From: Gordius albopunctatus
Taxonomy: Eukaryota
DNA: 64,000 nucleotides
Assembly: GCA_964276515.1 (NCBI GenBank)
Contig: OZ193910.1
Coordinates: 8,060,001-8,124,000, forward strand
Reading direction: 5' to 3'
Shown here: piece after piece, positions 13,301-28,500 of the stretch
How the letters are laid out: each line of letters begins with the position of its first letter
Numbering within the stretch: the first letter of the stretch is position 1
Notes under the pieces: generated by a model
Databases searched by the model: none
Told to the model about the DNA's origin: nothing
What the model saw: only the letters and a program-made list of their open reading frames with translations
Made by a program: the position numbers and the translations under genes

Positions 13301-16300
13301 GATAATAATTTTTGATGACTGATCAAAAAAATGTTTTTCAAGGAATTCACCTCTTATACCGAAAACTTTCATGAGAGCTATATGGTTGAACAAAAAAATA
13401 GAAAAAATTTTGAGGTCGAAAAAATTATTATTTTTCATATTCTTTCGAAAGGGAGATGAAAAAATCTTTAAAAGTTAGTAAATATTCTTAGCATTTTGTC
13501 CTTGTTAGAATCTTGATAGGAATTTATCCTTGGGGGGATGTTTGAGATTGAGAGAAATTAAAATTTTCGTGTTGCGTTTATATTGTTTCAATATCGCTTT
13601 ATAAGCGTGTCTCTAGTTTTAGTGAAACAAGCTCTATGCGATCGTGATTTAGAGTTAATAATTTTTGATGACTGATCAAAAAAATGTTTTTCAAGGAATT
13701 CACCTCTTATACCGAAAACTTTCATGAGAGCTATATGGTTGAACAAAAAAATTGAAAAAATTTTGAGGTCGAAAAAATTATTATTTTTCATATTCTTTCG
13801 AAAGGGAGATGAAAAAATCTTTAAAAGTTAGTAAATATTCTTAGCATATTGCCCTTGTTAGAATCTTAACGAATATATGCGTGGGGGGATGTTTGAGATT
13901 GAGAGAAATTAAAATTTTCGTGTTACGTTTATATTGTTTCAATATCGCTTTATAAGCGTGTTTCTAGTTTTAGTGAAACAAGCTCTATGCGATCGTGATT
14001 TAGAGTTAATAATTTTTGATGACTGATCAAAAAAATGTTTTTCAAGGAATTCACCTCTTATACCGAAAACTTTCATGAGAGCTATATGGTTGAACAAAAA
14101 AATTGAAAAAATTTTGAGGTCGAAAAAATTATTATTTTTCATATTCTTTCGAAAGGGAGATGAAAAAATCTTTAAAAGTTAGTAAATATTCTTAGCATTT
14201 TGTCCTTGTTAGAATCTTGATAGGAATTTATCCTTGGGGGGATGTTTGAGATTGAGAGAAATTAAAATTTTCGTGTTGCGTTTATATTGTTTCAATATCG
14301 CTTTATAAGCGTGTCTCTAGTTTTAGTGAAACAAGCTCTATGCGATCGTGATTTAGAGTTAATAATTTTTGATGACTGATCAAAAAAATGTTTTTAAAGG
14401 AATTCACCTCTTATACCGAAAACTTTCATGAGAGCTATATGGTTGAACAAAAAAATAGAAAAAATTTTGAGGTCGAAAAAATTTTTATTTTTCATATTCT
14501 TTCGAAAGGGAGATGAAAAAATCTTTAAAAGTTAGTAAATATTCTTAGAATTTTGTCCTTGTTAGAATCTTGAAAGGAATTTATGCGTGGGGGGATGTTT
14601 TAGATTGAGAGAAATTAAAATTTAGGTGTTGCGTTTATATTGTTTCAATATCGCTTTATAAGCGTGTCTCTAGTTTTAGTGAAACAAGCTCTATTCGATC
14701 GTGATTCAGAGTTAATAATTTTATGACTGATCAAAAAAATGTTTTTCAAGGAATTCACCTCTTATACCGAAAACTTTCATGAGAACTATATGGTTGAACA
14801 AAAAAATTGAAAAAATTTTGAGGTCGAAAAAATATTATTTTTTTCATATTTTTTCGAAAGGGAGATGAAAAAATCTTTAAAAGTTAGTAAATATTCTTAG
14901 CATTTTGTCCTTGTTAGAATCTTGATAGGAATTTATCCTTGGGGGGATGTTTGAGATTGAGAGAAATTAAAATTTTCGTGTTGCGTTTATATTGTTTCAA
15001 TATCGCTTTATAAGCGTGTCTCTAGTTTTAGTGAAACAAGCTCTATGCGATCGTGATTTAGAGTTAATAATTTTTGATGACTGATCAAAAAAATGTTTTT
15101 CAAGGAATTCACCTCTTATACCGAAAACTTTCATGAGAGCTATATGGTTGAACAAAAAAATTGAAAAAATTTTGAGGTCGAAAAAATTATTATTTTTCAT
15201 ATTCTTTCGAAAGGGAGATGAAAAAATCTTTAAAAGTTAGTAAATATTCTTAGCATATTGTCCTCGTTAGAATCTTGATAGGAATTTATGCGTGGGGGGA
15301 TGTTTTAGATTGAGAGAAATTAAAATTTTCGTGCTGCGTTTAGTTTGTTTCAATATCGCTTTATAAGCGTGTCTCTAGTTTTAGTTAAACAAGCTCTATG
15401 CGATCGTGATTTACAGTTAATAATTTTTGATGACTGATCAAAAAAATGTTTTTCAAGGAATTCACCTCTTATACCGAAAACTTTCATGAGAGCTATATGG
15501 TTGAACAAAAAAATTGAAAAAATTTTGAGGTCGAAAAAAATATTGTTTTTCAAATTCTTTCGAAAGGGAGATGAAAAAATCTTTAAAAGTTAGTAAATAT
15601 TCTTAGAATTTTGTCCTTGTTAGAATCTTGATAGGAATTTTTGCGTTGGCGATGTTTGAGATTGAGAGAAAATAAAATTTTCGTGCTGCGTTTAGTTTGT
15701 TTCAATATCGCTTTATAAGCGTGTCTCTAGTTTTAGTGAAACAAGCTCTATGCGATCGTGATTTACAGTTAATAATTTTTGATGACTGATCAAAAAAATG
15801 TTTTTCAAGGAATTCACCTCTTATACCGAAAACTTTCATGAGAGCTATATGGTTGAACAAAAAAATTGAAAAAATTTTGAGGTCGAAAAAATTATTATTT
15901 TTCATATTCTTTCGAAAGGGAGATGAAAAAATCTTTAAAAGTTAGTAAATATTCTTAGCATTTTGTCCTTGTTAGAATCTTGATAGGAATATATGCGTGG
16001 GGGGATGTTTGAGATTGAGAGAAATTAAAATTTTCGTGTTGCGTTTATATTGTTTCAATATCGCTTTATAAGCGTGTCTCTAGTTTTAGTGAAACAAGCT
16101 CTATGCGATCGTGATTTAGAGATAATAATTTTTGACGACTGATCAAAAAAATGTTTTTAAAGGAATTCACCTCTTATACCGAAAACTTTCATGAGAGCTA
16201 TATGGTTGAACAAAAAAATAGAAAAAATTTTGAGGTCGAAAAAATTATTATTTTTCATATTCTTTCGAAAGGGAGATGAAAAAATCTTTAAAAGTTAGTA

Positions 16301-18435
16301 AATATTCTTAGCATTTTGTCCTTGTTAGAATCTTGAAAGGAATTTATGCGTGGGGGGATGTTTTAGATTGAGAGAAATTAAAATTTAGGTGTTGCGTTTA
16401 TATTGTTTCAATATCGCTTTATAAGCGTGTCTCTAGTTTTAGTGAAACAAGCTCTATGCGATCGTGATTTAGAGTTAATAATTTTTGATGACTGATCAAA
16501 AAATTGTTTTTCAAGGAATTCACCTCTTATACCGAAAACTTTCATGAGAGCTATATGGTTGAACAAAAAAATTGAAAAAATTTTGAGGTCGAAAAAATTA
16601 TTATTTTTCATATTCTTTCGAAAGGGAGATGAAAAAATCTTTAAAAGTTAGTAAATATTCTTAGCATATTGTCCTCGTTAGAATCTTGATAGGAATTTAT
16701 GCGTGGGGGGATGTTTTAGATTGAGAGAAATTAAAATTTTCGTGCTGCGTTTAGTTTGTTTCAATATCGCTTTATAAGCGTGTCTCTAGTTTTAGTGAAA
16801 CAAGCTCTATGCGATCGTGATTTACAGTTAATAATTTTTGATGACTGATCAAAAAAATGTTTTTCAAGGAATTCACCTCTTATACCGAAAACTTTCATGA
16901 GAGCTATATGGTTGAACAAAAAAATTGAAAAAATTTTGAGGTCGAAAAAAATATTGTTTTTCAAATTCTTTCGAAAGGGAGATGAAAAAATCTTTAAAAG
17001 TTAGTAAATATTCTTAGAATTTTGTCCTTGTTAGAATCTTGATAGGAATTTTTGCGTTGGCGATGTTTGAGATTGAGAGAAAATAAAATTTTCGTGCTGC
17101 GTTTAGTTTGTTTCAATATCGCTTTATAAGCGTGTCTCTAGTTTTAGTGAAACAAGCTCTATGCGATCGTGATTTACAGTTAATAATTTTTGATGACTGA
17201 TCAAAAAAATGTTTTTCAAGGAATTCACCTCTTATACCGAAAACTTTCATGAGAGCTATATGGTTGAACAAAAAAATTGAAAAAATTTTGAGGTCGAAAA
17301 AATTATTATTTTTCATATTCTTTCGAAAGGGAGATGAAAAAATCTTTAAAAGTTAGTAAATATTCTTAGCATATTGTCCTCGTTAGAATCTTGATAGGAA
17401 TTTATGCGTGGGGGGATGTTTGAGATTGAGAGAAATTAAAATTTTCGTGCTGCGTTTATATTGTTTCAATATCGCTTTATAAGCGTGTCTCTAGTTTTAG
17501 TGAAACAAGCTCGATGCGATCGTGATTTAGAGTTAATAATTTTTGATGACTGATCAAAAAAATGTTTTTCAAGCAATTCACCTGTTATACCGAAAACTTT
17601 CATGAGAGCTATATGGTTGAACAAAAAAATTGAAAAAATTTTGAGGTCGAAAAAAATATTATTTTTCAAATTCTTTCGAAAGGATGATGAAAAAATCTTT
17701 AAAAGTTAGTAAATATTCTTAGCATTTTGTCCTTGTTAGAATATTGATAGAAATTTATGCGTGGGGGGATGTTTGAGATTGAGAGAAATTAAAATTTTCG
17801 TGTTGCGTTTATATTGTTTCAATATCGCTTTATAAGCGTGTCTCTAGTTTTAGTGAAACAAGCTCTATGCGATCGTGATTTAGAGATAATAATTTTTGAC
17901 GACTGATCAAAAAAATATTTTTAAAGGAATTCACCTCTTATACCGAAAACTTTCATGAGAGCTATATGGTTGAACAAAAAAATAGAAAAAATTTTGAGGT
18001 CGAAAAAATTATTATTTTTCATATTCTTTCGAAAGGGAGATGAAAAAATCTTTAAAAGTTAGTAAAGATTCTTAGCATTTTGTCCTTGTTAGAATCTTGA
18101 AAGGAATTTATGCGTGGGGGGATGTTTTAGATTGAGAGAAATTAAAATTTAGGTGTTGCGTTTATATTGTTTCAATATCGCTTTATAAGCGTGTCTCTAG
18201 TTTTAGTGAAACAAGCTCTATGCGATCGTGATTTAGAGTTAATAATTTTTGATGACTGATCAAAAAAATGTTTTTCAAGGAATTCACCTCTTATACCGAA
18301 AACTTTCATGAGAGCTATATGGTTGAACAAAAAAATTGAAAAAATTTTGACGTCGAAAAAATTATTATTTTTCATATTCTTTCGAAAGGGAGATGAAAAA
18401 ATCTTTAAAAGTTAGTAAATATTCTTAGCATATTG
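10322..18435. repeat. Array A higher-order repeat, about 24-monomer period, copy 2
   Basis: It has the same ordered variant series as copy 1. It differs in one tract near 15510-15700 and at isolated SNPs (gttaaac near 15386, gacgtcg at 18351). Confidence 0.92.
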
Positions 18436-19199
18436 TCCTCGTTAGAATCTTGATAGGAATTTATGCGTGGGGGGATGTTTGAGATTGAGAGAAATTAAAA
18501 TTTTCGTGCTGCGTTTATATTGTTTCAATATCGCTTTATAAGCGTGTCTCTAGTTTTAGTGAAACAAGCTCGATGCGATCGTGATTTAGAGTTAATAATT
18601 TTTGATGACTGATCAAAAAAATGTTTTTCAAGCAATTCACCTGTTATACCGAAAACTTTCATGAGAGCTATATGGTTGAACAAAAAAATTGAAAAAATTT
18701 TGAGGTCGAAAAAAATATTATTTTTCAAATTCTTTCGAAAGGATGATGAAAAAATCTTTAAAAGTTAGTAAATATTCTTAGCATTTTGTCCTTGTTAGAA
18801 TATTGATAGAAATTTATGCGTGGGGGGATGTTTTAGATTGAGAGAAATTAAAATTTAGGTGTTGCGTTTATATTGTTTCAATATCGCTTTATAAGCGTGT
18901 CTCTAGTTTTAGTGAAACAAGCTCTATGCGATCGTGATTTAGAGATAATAATTTTTGACGACTGATCAAAAAAATGTTTTTAAAGGAATTCACCTCTTAT
19001 ACCGAAAACTTTCATGAGAGCTATATGGTTGAACAAAAAAATTGAAAAAATTTTGAGGTCGAAAAAATTTTTATTTTTTATATTCTTTCGAAAGGGAGAT
19101 GAAAAAATCTTTAAAAGTTAGTAAATATTCTTAGAATTTTGTCCTTGTTAAAATCTTGAAAGGAATTTATGCGTGGGGGGATGTTTTAGATTGAGAGAA

Positions 19200-22100
19200 A
19201 TTAAAATTTAGGTGTTGCGTTTATATTGTTTCAATATCGCTTTATAAGCGTGTCTCTAGTTTTAGTGAAACAAGCTCTATTCGATCGTGATTCAGAGTTA
19301 ATAATTTTATGACTGATCAAAAAAATGTTTTTCAAGGAATTCACCTCTTATACCGAAAACTTTCATGAGAACTATATGGTTGAACAAAAAAATTGAAAAA
19401 ATTTTGAGGTCGAAAAAATATTATTTTTTCCATATTTTTTCGAAAGGGAGATGAAAAAATCTTTAAAAGTTAGTAAATATTCTTAGCATTTTGTCCTTGT
19501 TAGAATCTTGATAGGAATTTATCCTTGGGGGGATGTTTGAGATTGAGAGAAATTAAAATTTTCGTGTTGCGTTTATATTGTTTCAATATCGCTTTATAAG
19601 CGTGTCTCTAGTTTTAGTGAAACAAGCTCTATGCGATCGTGATTTACAGTTAATAATTTTTGATGACTGATCAAAAAAATGTTTTTCAAGGAATTCACCT
19701 CTTATACCGAAAACTTTCATGAGAGCTATATGGTTGAACAAAAAAATTGAAAAAATTTTGAGGTCGAAAAAATTATTATTTTTCATATTCTTTCGAAAGG
19801 GAGATGAAAAAATCTTTAAAAGTTAGTAAATATTCTTAGCATATTGTCCTCGTTAGAATCTTGATAGGAATTTATGCGTGGGGGGATGTTTTAGATTGAG
19901 AGAAATTAAAATTTTCGTGCTGCGTTTAGTTTGTTTCAATATCGCTTTATAAGCGTGTCTCTAGTTTTAGTGAAACAAGCTCTATGCGATCGTGATTTAG
20001 AGTTAATAATTTTTGATGACTGATCAAAAAAATGTTTTTCAAGGAATTCACCTCTTATACCGAAAACTTTCATGAGAGCTATATGGTTGAACAAAAAAAT
20101 AGAAAAAATTTTGAGGTCGAAAAAATTATTATTTTTCATATTCTTTCGAAAGGGAGATGAAAAAATCTTTAAAAGTTAGTAAATATTCTTAGCATTTTGT
20201 CCTTGTTAGAATCTTGATAGGAATTTATCCTTGGGGGGATGTTTGAGATTGAGAGAAATTAAAATTTTCGTGTTGCGTTTATATTGTTTCAATATCGCTT
20301 TATAAGCGTGTCTCTAGTTTTAGTGAAACAAGCTCTATGCGATCGTGATTTAGAGTTAATAATTTTTGATGACTGATCAAAAAAATGTTTTTCAAGGAAT
20401 TCACCTCTTATACCGAAAACTTTCATGAGAGCTATATGGTTGAACAAAAAAATTGAAAAAATTTTGAGGTCGAAAAAATTATTATTTTTCATATTCTTTC
20501 GAAAGGGAGATGAAAAAATCTTTAAAAGTTAGTAAATATTCTTAGCATATTGCCCTTGTTAGAATCTTAAGGAATATATGCGTGGGGGGATGTTTGAGAT
20601 TGAGAGAAATTAAAATTTTCGTGTTACGTTTATATTGTTTCAATATCGCTTTATAAGCGTGTTTCTAGTTTTAGTGAAACAAGCTCTATGCGATCGTGAT
20701 TTAGAGTTAATAATTTTTGATGACTGATCAAAAAAATGTTTTTCAAGGAATTCACCTCTTATACCGAAAACTTTCATGAGAGCTATATGGTTGAACAAAA
20801 AAATTGAAAAAATTTTGAGGTCGAAAAAATTATTATTTTTCATATTCTTTCGAAAGGGAGATGAAAAAATCTTTAAAAGTTAGTAAATATTCTTAGCATT
20901 TTGTCCTTGTTAGAATCTTGATAGGAATTTATCCTTGGGGGGATGTTTGAGATTGAGAGAAATTAAAATTTTCGTGTTGCGTTTATATTGTTTCAATATC
21001 GCTTTATAAGCGTGTCTCTAGTTTTAGTGAAACAAGCTCTATGCGATCGTGATTTAGAGTTAATAATTTTTGATGACTGATCAAAAAAATGTTTTTCAAG
21101 GAATTCACCTCTTATACCGAAAACTTTCATGAGAGCTATATGGTTGAACAAAAAAATTGAAAAAATTTTGAGGTCGAAAAAATTATTATTTTTCATATTC
21201 TTTCGAAAGGGAGATGAAAAAATCTTTAAAAGTTAGTAAATATTCTTAGCATTTTGTCCTCGTTAGAATCTTGATATGAATTTATGCGTGGGGGGATGTT
21301 TGAGATTGAGAGAAATTAAAATTTTCGTGCTGCGTTTAGTTTGTTTCAATATCGCTTTATAAGCGTGTCTCTAGTTTTAGTGAAACAAGCTCTATGCGAT
21401 CGTGATTTAGAGATAATAATTTTTGATGACTGATCAAAAAAATGTTTTTCAAGGAATTCACCTCTTATACCGAAAACTTTCATGAGAGCTATATGGTTGA
21501 ACAAAAAAATAGAAAAAATTTTGAGGTCGAAAAAATTATTATTTTTCATATTCTTTCGAAAGGGAGATGAAAAAATCTTTAAAAGTTAGTAAATATTCTT
21601 AGCATTTTGTCCTTGTTAGAATCTTGATAGGAATTTATCCTTGGGGGGATGTTTGAGATTGAGAGAAATTAAAATTTTCGTGTTGCGTTTATATTGTTTC
21701 AATATCGCTTTATAAGCGTGTCTCTAGTTTTAGTGAAACAAGCTCTATGCGATCGTGATTTAGAGTTAATAATTTTTGATGACTGATCAAAAAAATGTTT
21801 TTCAAGGAATTCACCTCTTATACCGAAAACTTTCATGAGAGCTATATGGTTGAACAAAAAAATTGAAAAAATTTTGAGGTCGAAAAAATTATTATTTTTC
21901 ATATTCTTTCGAAAGGGAGATGAAAAAATCTTTAAAAGTTAGTAAATATTCTTAGCATATTGCCCTTGTTAGAATCTTAACGAATATATGCGTGGGGGGA
22001 TGTTTGAGATTGAGAGAAATTAAAATTTTCGTGTTACGTTTATATTGTTTCAATATCGCTTTATAAGCGTGTTTCTAGTTTTAGTGAAACAAGCTCTATG

Positions 22101-22500
22101 CGATCGTGATTTAGAGTTAATAATTTTTGATGACTGATCAAAAAAATGTTTTTCAAGGAATTCACCTCTTATACCGAAAACTTTCATGAGAGCTATATGG
22201 TTGAACAAAAAAATTGAAAAAATTTTGAGGTCGAAAAAATTATTATTTTTCATATTCTTTCGAAAGGGAGATGAAAAAATCTTTAAAAGTTAGTAAATAT
22301 TCTTAGCATTTTGTCCTTGTTAGAATCTTGATAGGAATTTATCCTTGGGGGGATGTTTGAGATTGAGAGAAATTAAAATTTTCGTGTTGCGTTTATATTG
22401 TTTCAATATCGCTTTATAAGCGTGTCTCTAGTTTTAGTGAAACAAGCTCTATGCGATCGTGATTTAGAGTTAATAATTTTTGATGACTGATCAAAAAAAT
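19200..22500. repeat. Array A higher-order repeat, partial third copy lacking one 3-mer
   Basis: Variant monomers 20640, 21346 and 22050 match 12529, 13235 and 13939 at +8111. Only 2 monomers separate the tttacag unit (19583) from the 2-bp-deletion unit (20640), versus 5 in copies 1 and 2. Confidence 0.85.
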
Positions 22501-25500
22501 GTTTTTCAAGGAATTCACCTCTTATACCGAAAACTTTCATGAGAGCTATATGGTTGAACAAAAAAATTGAAAAAATTTTGAGGTCGAAAAAATTATTATT
22601 TTTCATATTCTTTCGAAAGGGAGATGAAAAAATCTTTAAAAGTTAGTAAATATTCTTAGCATTTTGTCCTCGTTAGAATCTTGATATGAATTTATGCGTG
22701 GGGGGATGTTTGAGATTGAGAGAAATTAAAATTTTCGTGCTGCGTTTAGTTTGTTTCAATATCGCTTTATAAGCGTGTCTCTAGTTTTAGTGAAACAAGC
22801 TCTATGCGATCGTGATTTAGAGTTAATAATTTTTGATGACTGATCAAAAAAATGTTTTTCAAGGAATTCACCTCTTATACCGAAAACTTTCATGAGAGCT
22901 ATATGGTTGAACAAAAAAATAGAAAAAATTTTGAGGTCGAAAAAATTATTATTTTTCATATTCTTTCGAAAGGGAGATGAAAAAATCTTTAAAAGTTAGT
23001 AAATATTCTTAGCATTTTGTCCTTGTTAGAATCTTGACAGAAATTTAGGCGTGGGGGGATGTTTTAGATTGAGAGAAATTAAAATTTTCGTGCTGCGTTT
23101 AGTTTGTTTCAATATCCCTTTATAAGCGTGTCTCTAGTTTTAGTGAAACAAGCTCTATGCGATCGTGATTTACAGTTAATAATTTTTGATGACTGATCAA
23201 AAAAATGTTTTTCAATGAATTCACCTCTTATACCGAAAACTTTCATGAGAGCTATATGGTTGAACAAAAAAATTGAAAAAATTTTGAGGTCGAAAAAATT
23301 ATTATTTTTCATATTCTTTCGAAAGGGAGATGAAAAAATCTTTAAAAGTTAGTAAATATTCTTAGCATTTTGTCCTTGTTAGAATCTTGACAGAAATTTA
23401 GGCGTGGGAGGATGTTTTAGATTGAGAGAAATTAAAATTTAGGTGTTGCGTTTATATTGTTTCAATATCGCTTTATAAGCGTGTCTCTAGTTTTAGTGAA
23501 ACAAGCTCTATGCGATCGTGATTTAGAGTTAATAATTTTTGATGACTGATCAAAAAAATGTTTTTAAAGGAATTCACCTCTTATACCGAAAACTTTCATG
23601 AGAGCTATATGGTTGAACAAAAAAATTGAAAAAATTTTGAGGTCGAAAAAATTATTATTTTTCATATTCTTTCGAAAGGGAGATGAAAAAATCTTTAAAA
23701 GTTAGTAAATATTCTTAGCATTTTGTCCTTGTTAGAATCTTGATAGGAATATATGCGTGGGGGGATGTTTGAGATTGAGAGAAATTAAAATTTTCGTGTT
23801 ACGTTTATATTGTTTCAATATCGCTTTATAAGCGTGTCTCTAGTTTTAGTGAAACAAGCTCTATGCGATCGTGATTTAGAGTTAATAATTTTTGATGACT
23901 GATCAAAAAAATGTTTTTCAAGGAATTCACCTCTTATACCGAAAACTTTCATGAGAGCTATATGGTTGAACAAAAAAATTGAAAAAATTTTGAGGTCGAA
24001 AAAATTATTATTTTTCATATTCTTTCGAAAGGGAGATGAAAAAATCTTTAAAAGTTAGTAAATATTTTTAGCATATTGTCCTCGTTAGAATCTTGATAGG
24101 AATTTATGCGTGGGGGGATGTTTGAGATTGAGAGAAATTAAAATTTTCGTGCTGCGTTTAGTTTGTTTCAATATCGCTTTATAAGCGTGTCTCTAGTTTT
24201 AGTGAAACAAGCTCTATGCGATCGTGATTTACAGTTAATAATTTTTGATGACTGATCAAAAAAATGTTTTTCAATGAATTCACCTCTTATACCGAAAACT
24301 TTCATGAGAGCTATATGGTTGAACAAAAAAATTGAAAAAATTTTGAGGTCGAAAAAAATATTATTTTTCAAATTCTTTCGAAAGGGAGATGAAAAAATCT
24401 TTAAAAGTTAGTAAATATTCTTAGCATTTTGTCCTTGTTAGAATCTTGACAGAAATTTAGGCGTGGGGGGATGTTTTAGATTGAGAGAAATTAAAATTTA
24501 GGTGTTGCGTTTATATTGTTTCAATATCGCTTTATAAGCGTGTCTCTAGTTTTAGTGAAACAAGCTCTATGCGATCGTGATTTAGAGTTAATAATTTTTG
24601 ATGACTGATCAAAAAAATGTTTTTCAATGAATTCACCTCTTATACCGAAAACTTTCATGAGAGCTATATGGTTGAACAAAAAAATTGAAAAAATTTTGAG
24701 GTCGAAAAAATTATTATTTTTCATATTCTTTCGAAAGGGAGATGAAAAAATCTTTAAAAGTTAGTAAATATTCTTAGCATTTTGTCCTTGTTAGAATCTT
24801 GATAGGAATTTATCCTTGGGGGGATGTTTGAGATTGAGAGAAATTAAAATTTTCGTGTTGCGTTTATATTGTTTCAATATCGCTTTATAAGCGTGTCTCT
24901 AGTTTTAGTGAAACAAGCTCTATGCGATCGTGATTTAGAGTTAATAATTTTTGATGACTGATCAAAAAAATGTTTTTCAAGGAATTCACCTCTTATACCG
25001 AAAACTTTCATGAGAGCTATATGGTTGAACAAAAAAATTGAAAAAATTTTGAGGTCGAAAAAATTATTATTTTTCATATTCTTTCGAAAGGGAGATGAAA
25101 AAATCTTTAAAAGTTAGTAAATATTCTTAGCATATTGTCCTCGTTAGAATCTTGATAGGAATTTATGCGTGGGGGGATGTTTTAGATTGAGAGAAATTAA
25201 AATTTTCGTGCTGCGTTTAGTTTGTTTCAATATCGCTTTATAAGCGTGTCTCTAGTTTTAGTGAAACAAGCTCTATGCGATCGTGATTTACAGTTAATAA
25301 TTTTTGATGACTGATCAAAAAAATGTTTTTCAATGAATTCACCTCTTATACCGAAAACTTTCATGAGAGCTATATGGTTGAACAAAAAAATTGAAAAAAT
25401 TTTGAGGTCGAAAAAAATATTATTTTTCATATTCTTTCGAAAGGGAGATGAAAAAATCTTTAAAAGTTAGTAAATATTCTTAGCATTTTGTCCTTGTTAG

Positions 25501-28500
25501 AATCTTGATAGGAATTTATCCTTGGGGGGATGTTTGAGATTGAGAGAAATTAAAATTTTCGTGTTGCGTTTATATTGTTTCAATATCGCTTTATAAGCGT
25601 GTCTCTAGTTTTAGTGAAACAAGCTCTATGCGATCGTGATTTAGAGTTAATAATTTTTGATGACTGATCAAAAAAATGTTTTTCAAGGAATTCACCTCTT
25701 ATACCGAAAACTTTCATGAGAGCTATATGGTTGAACAAAAAAATTGAAAAAATTTTGAGGTCGAAAAAATTATTATTTTTCATATTCTTTCGAAAGGGAG
25801 ATGAAAAAATCTTTAAAAGTTAGTAAATATTCTTAGCATATTGTCCTCGTTAGAATCTTGATAGGAATTTATGCGTGGGGGGATGTTTTAGATTGAGAGA
25901 AATTAAAATTTTCGTGCTGCGTTTAGTTTGTTTCAATATCCCTTTATAAGCGTGTCTCTAGTTTTAGTGAAACAAGCTCTATGCGATCGTGATTTACAGT
26001 TAATAATTTTTGATGACTGATCAAAAAAATGTTTTTCAATGAATTCACCTCTTATACCGAAAACTTTCATGAGAGCTATATGGTTGAACAAAAAAATTGA
26101 AAAAATTTTGAGGTCGAAAAAATTATTATTTTTCATATTCTTTCGAAAGGGAGATGAAAAAATCTTTAAAAGTTAGTAAATATTCTTAGCATTTTGTCCT
26201 TGTTAGAATCTTGACAGAAATTTAGGCGTGGGGGGATGTTTTAGATTGAGAGAAATTAAAATTTAGGTGTTGCGTTTATATTGTTTCAATATCGCTTTAT
26301 AAGCGTGTCTCTAGTTTTAGTGAAACAAGCTCTATGCGATCGTGATTTAGAGTTAATAATTTTTGATGACTGATCAAAAAAATGTTTTTAAAGGAATTCA
26401 CCTCTTATACCGAAAACTTTCATGAGAGCTATATGGTTGAACAAAAAAATTGAAAAAATTTTGAGGTCGAAAAAATTATTATTTTTCATATTCTTTCGAA
26501 AGGGAGATGAAAAAATCTTTAAAAGTTAGTAAATATTCTTAGCATTTTGTCCTTGTTAGAATCTTGACAGAAATTTAGGCGTGGGAGGATGTTTTAGATT
26601 GAGAGAAATTAAAATTTAGGTGTTGCGTTTATATTGTTTCAATATCGCTTTATAAGCGTGTCTCTAGTTTTAGTGAAACAAGCTCTATGCGATCGTGATT
26701 TAGAGTTAATAATTTTTGATGACTGATCAAAAAAATGTTTTTAAAGGAATTCACCTCTTATACCGAAAACTTTCATGAGAGCTATATGGTTGAACAAAAA
26801 AATTGAAAAAATTTTGAGGTCGAAAAAATTATTATTTTTCATATTCTTTCGAAAGGGAGATGAAAAAATCTTTAAAAGTTAGTAAATATTCTTAGCATTT
26901 TGTCCTTGTTAGAATCTTGAAAGGAATTTATCCTTGGGGGGATGTTTGAGATTGAGAGAAATTAAAATTTTCGTATGCGTTTATATTGTTTCAATATCGC
27001 TTTATAAGCGTGTCTCTAGTTTTAGTGAAACAAGCTCTATGTGATCGTGATTTAGAGTTAATAATTTTTGATGACTGATCAAAAAAATGTTTTTCAAGGA
27101 ATTCACCTCTTATACCGAAAACTTTCATGAGAGCTATATGGTTGAAAAAAAAAATTGAAAAAATTTTGAGGTCGAAAAAATTATTATTTTTCATATTCTT
27201 TCGAAAGGGAGATGAAAAAATCTTTAAAGTTAGTAAATATTCTTAGCATTTTGTCCTTGTTAGAATCTTGATAGGAATATATGCGTGGGGGGATGTTTGA
27301 GATTGAGAGAAATTAAAATTTTCGTGTTACGTTTATATTGTTTCAATATCGCTTTATAAGCGTGTCTCTAGTTTTAGTGAAACAAGCTCTATGCGATCGT
27401 GATTTAGAGTTAATAATTTTTGATGACTGATCAAAAAAATGTTTTTCAAAGAATTCACCTCTTATACCGAAAACTTTCATGAGAGCTATATGGTTGAACA
27501 AAAAATTGAAAAAATTTTGAGGTCGAAAAAATTATTATTTTTCATATTCTTTCGAAAGGGAGATGAAAAAATCTTTAAAAGTTAGTAAATATTCTTAGCA
27601 TTTTGTCCTTGTTAGAATCTTGACAGAAATTTAGGCGTGGGGGGATGTTTTAGATTGAGAGAAATTAAAATTTAGGTGTTGCGTTTATATTGTTTCAATA
27701 TCGCTTTATAAGCGTGTCTCTAGTTTTAGTGAAACAAGTTCTATGCGATCGTGATTTAGAGTTAATAATTTTTGATGACTGATCAAAAAAATGTTTTTAA
27801 AGGAATTCACCTCTTATACCGAAAACTTTCATGAGAGCTATATGGTTGAACAAAAAAATAGAAAAAATTTTGAGGTCGAAAAAATTATTATTTTTCATAT
27901 TCTTTCGAAAGGGAGATAAAAAAATCTTTAAAAGTTAGTAAATATTCTTAGCATTTTGTCCTTGTTAGAATCTTGACAGAAATTTATGCGTGGGGGGATG
28001 TTTTAGATTGAGAGAAATTAAAATTTTCGTGCTGCGTTTAGTTTGTTTCAATATCGCTTTATAAGCGTGTCTCTAGTTTTAGTGAAACAAGCTCTATGCG
28101 ATCGTGATTTACAGTTAATAATTTTTGATGACTGATCAAAAAAATGTTTTTCAAGGAATTCACCTCTTATACCGAAAACTTTCATGAGAGCTATATGGTT
28201 GAACAAAAAAATTGAAAAAATTTTGAGGTCGAAAAAATTATTATTTTTCATATTCTTTCGAAAGGGAGATGAAAAAATCTTTAAAGTTAGTAAATATTCT
28301 TAGCATTTTGTCCTTGTTAGAATCTTGATAGGAATATATGCGTGGGGGGATGTTTTAGATTGAGAGAAATTAAAATTTAGGTGTTGCGTTTATATTGTTT
28401 CAATATCGCATTATAAGCGTGTCTCTAGTTTTAGTGAAACAAGCTCTATGCGATCGTGATTTAGAGTTAATAATTTTTGATGACTGATCAAAAAAATGTT

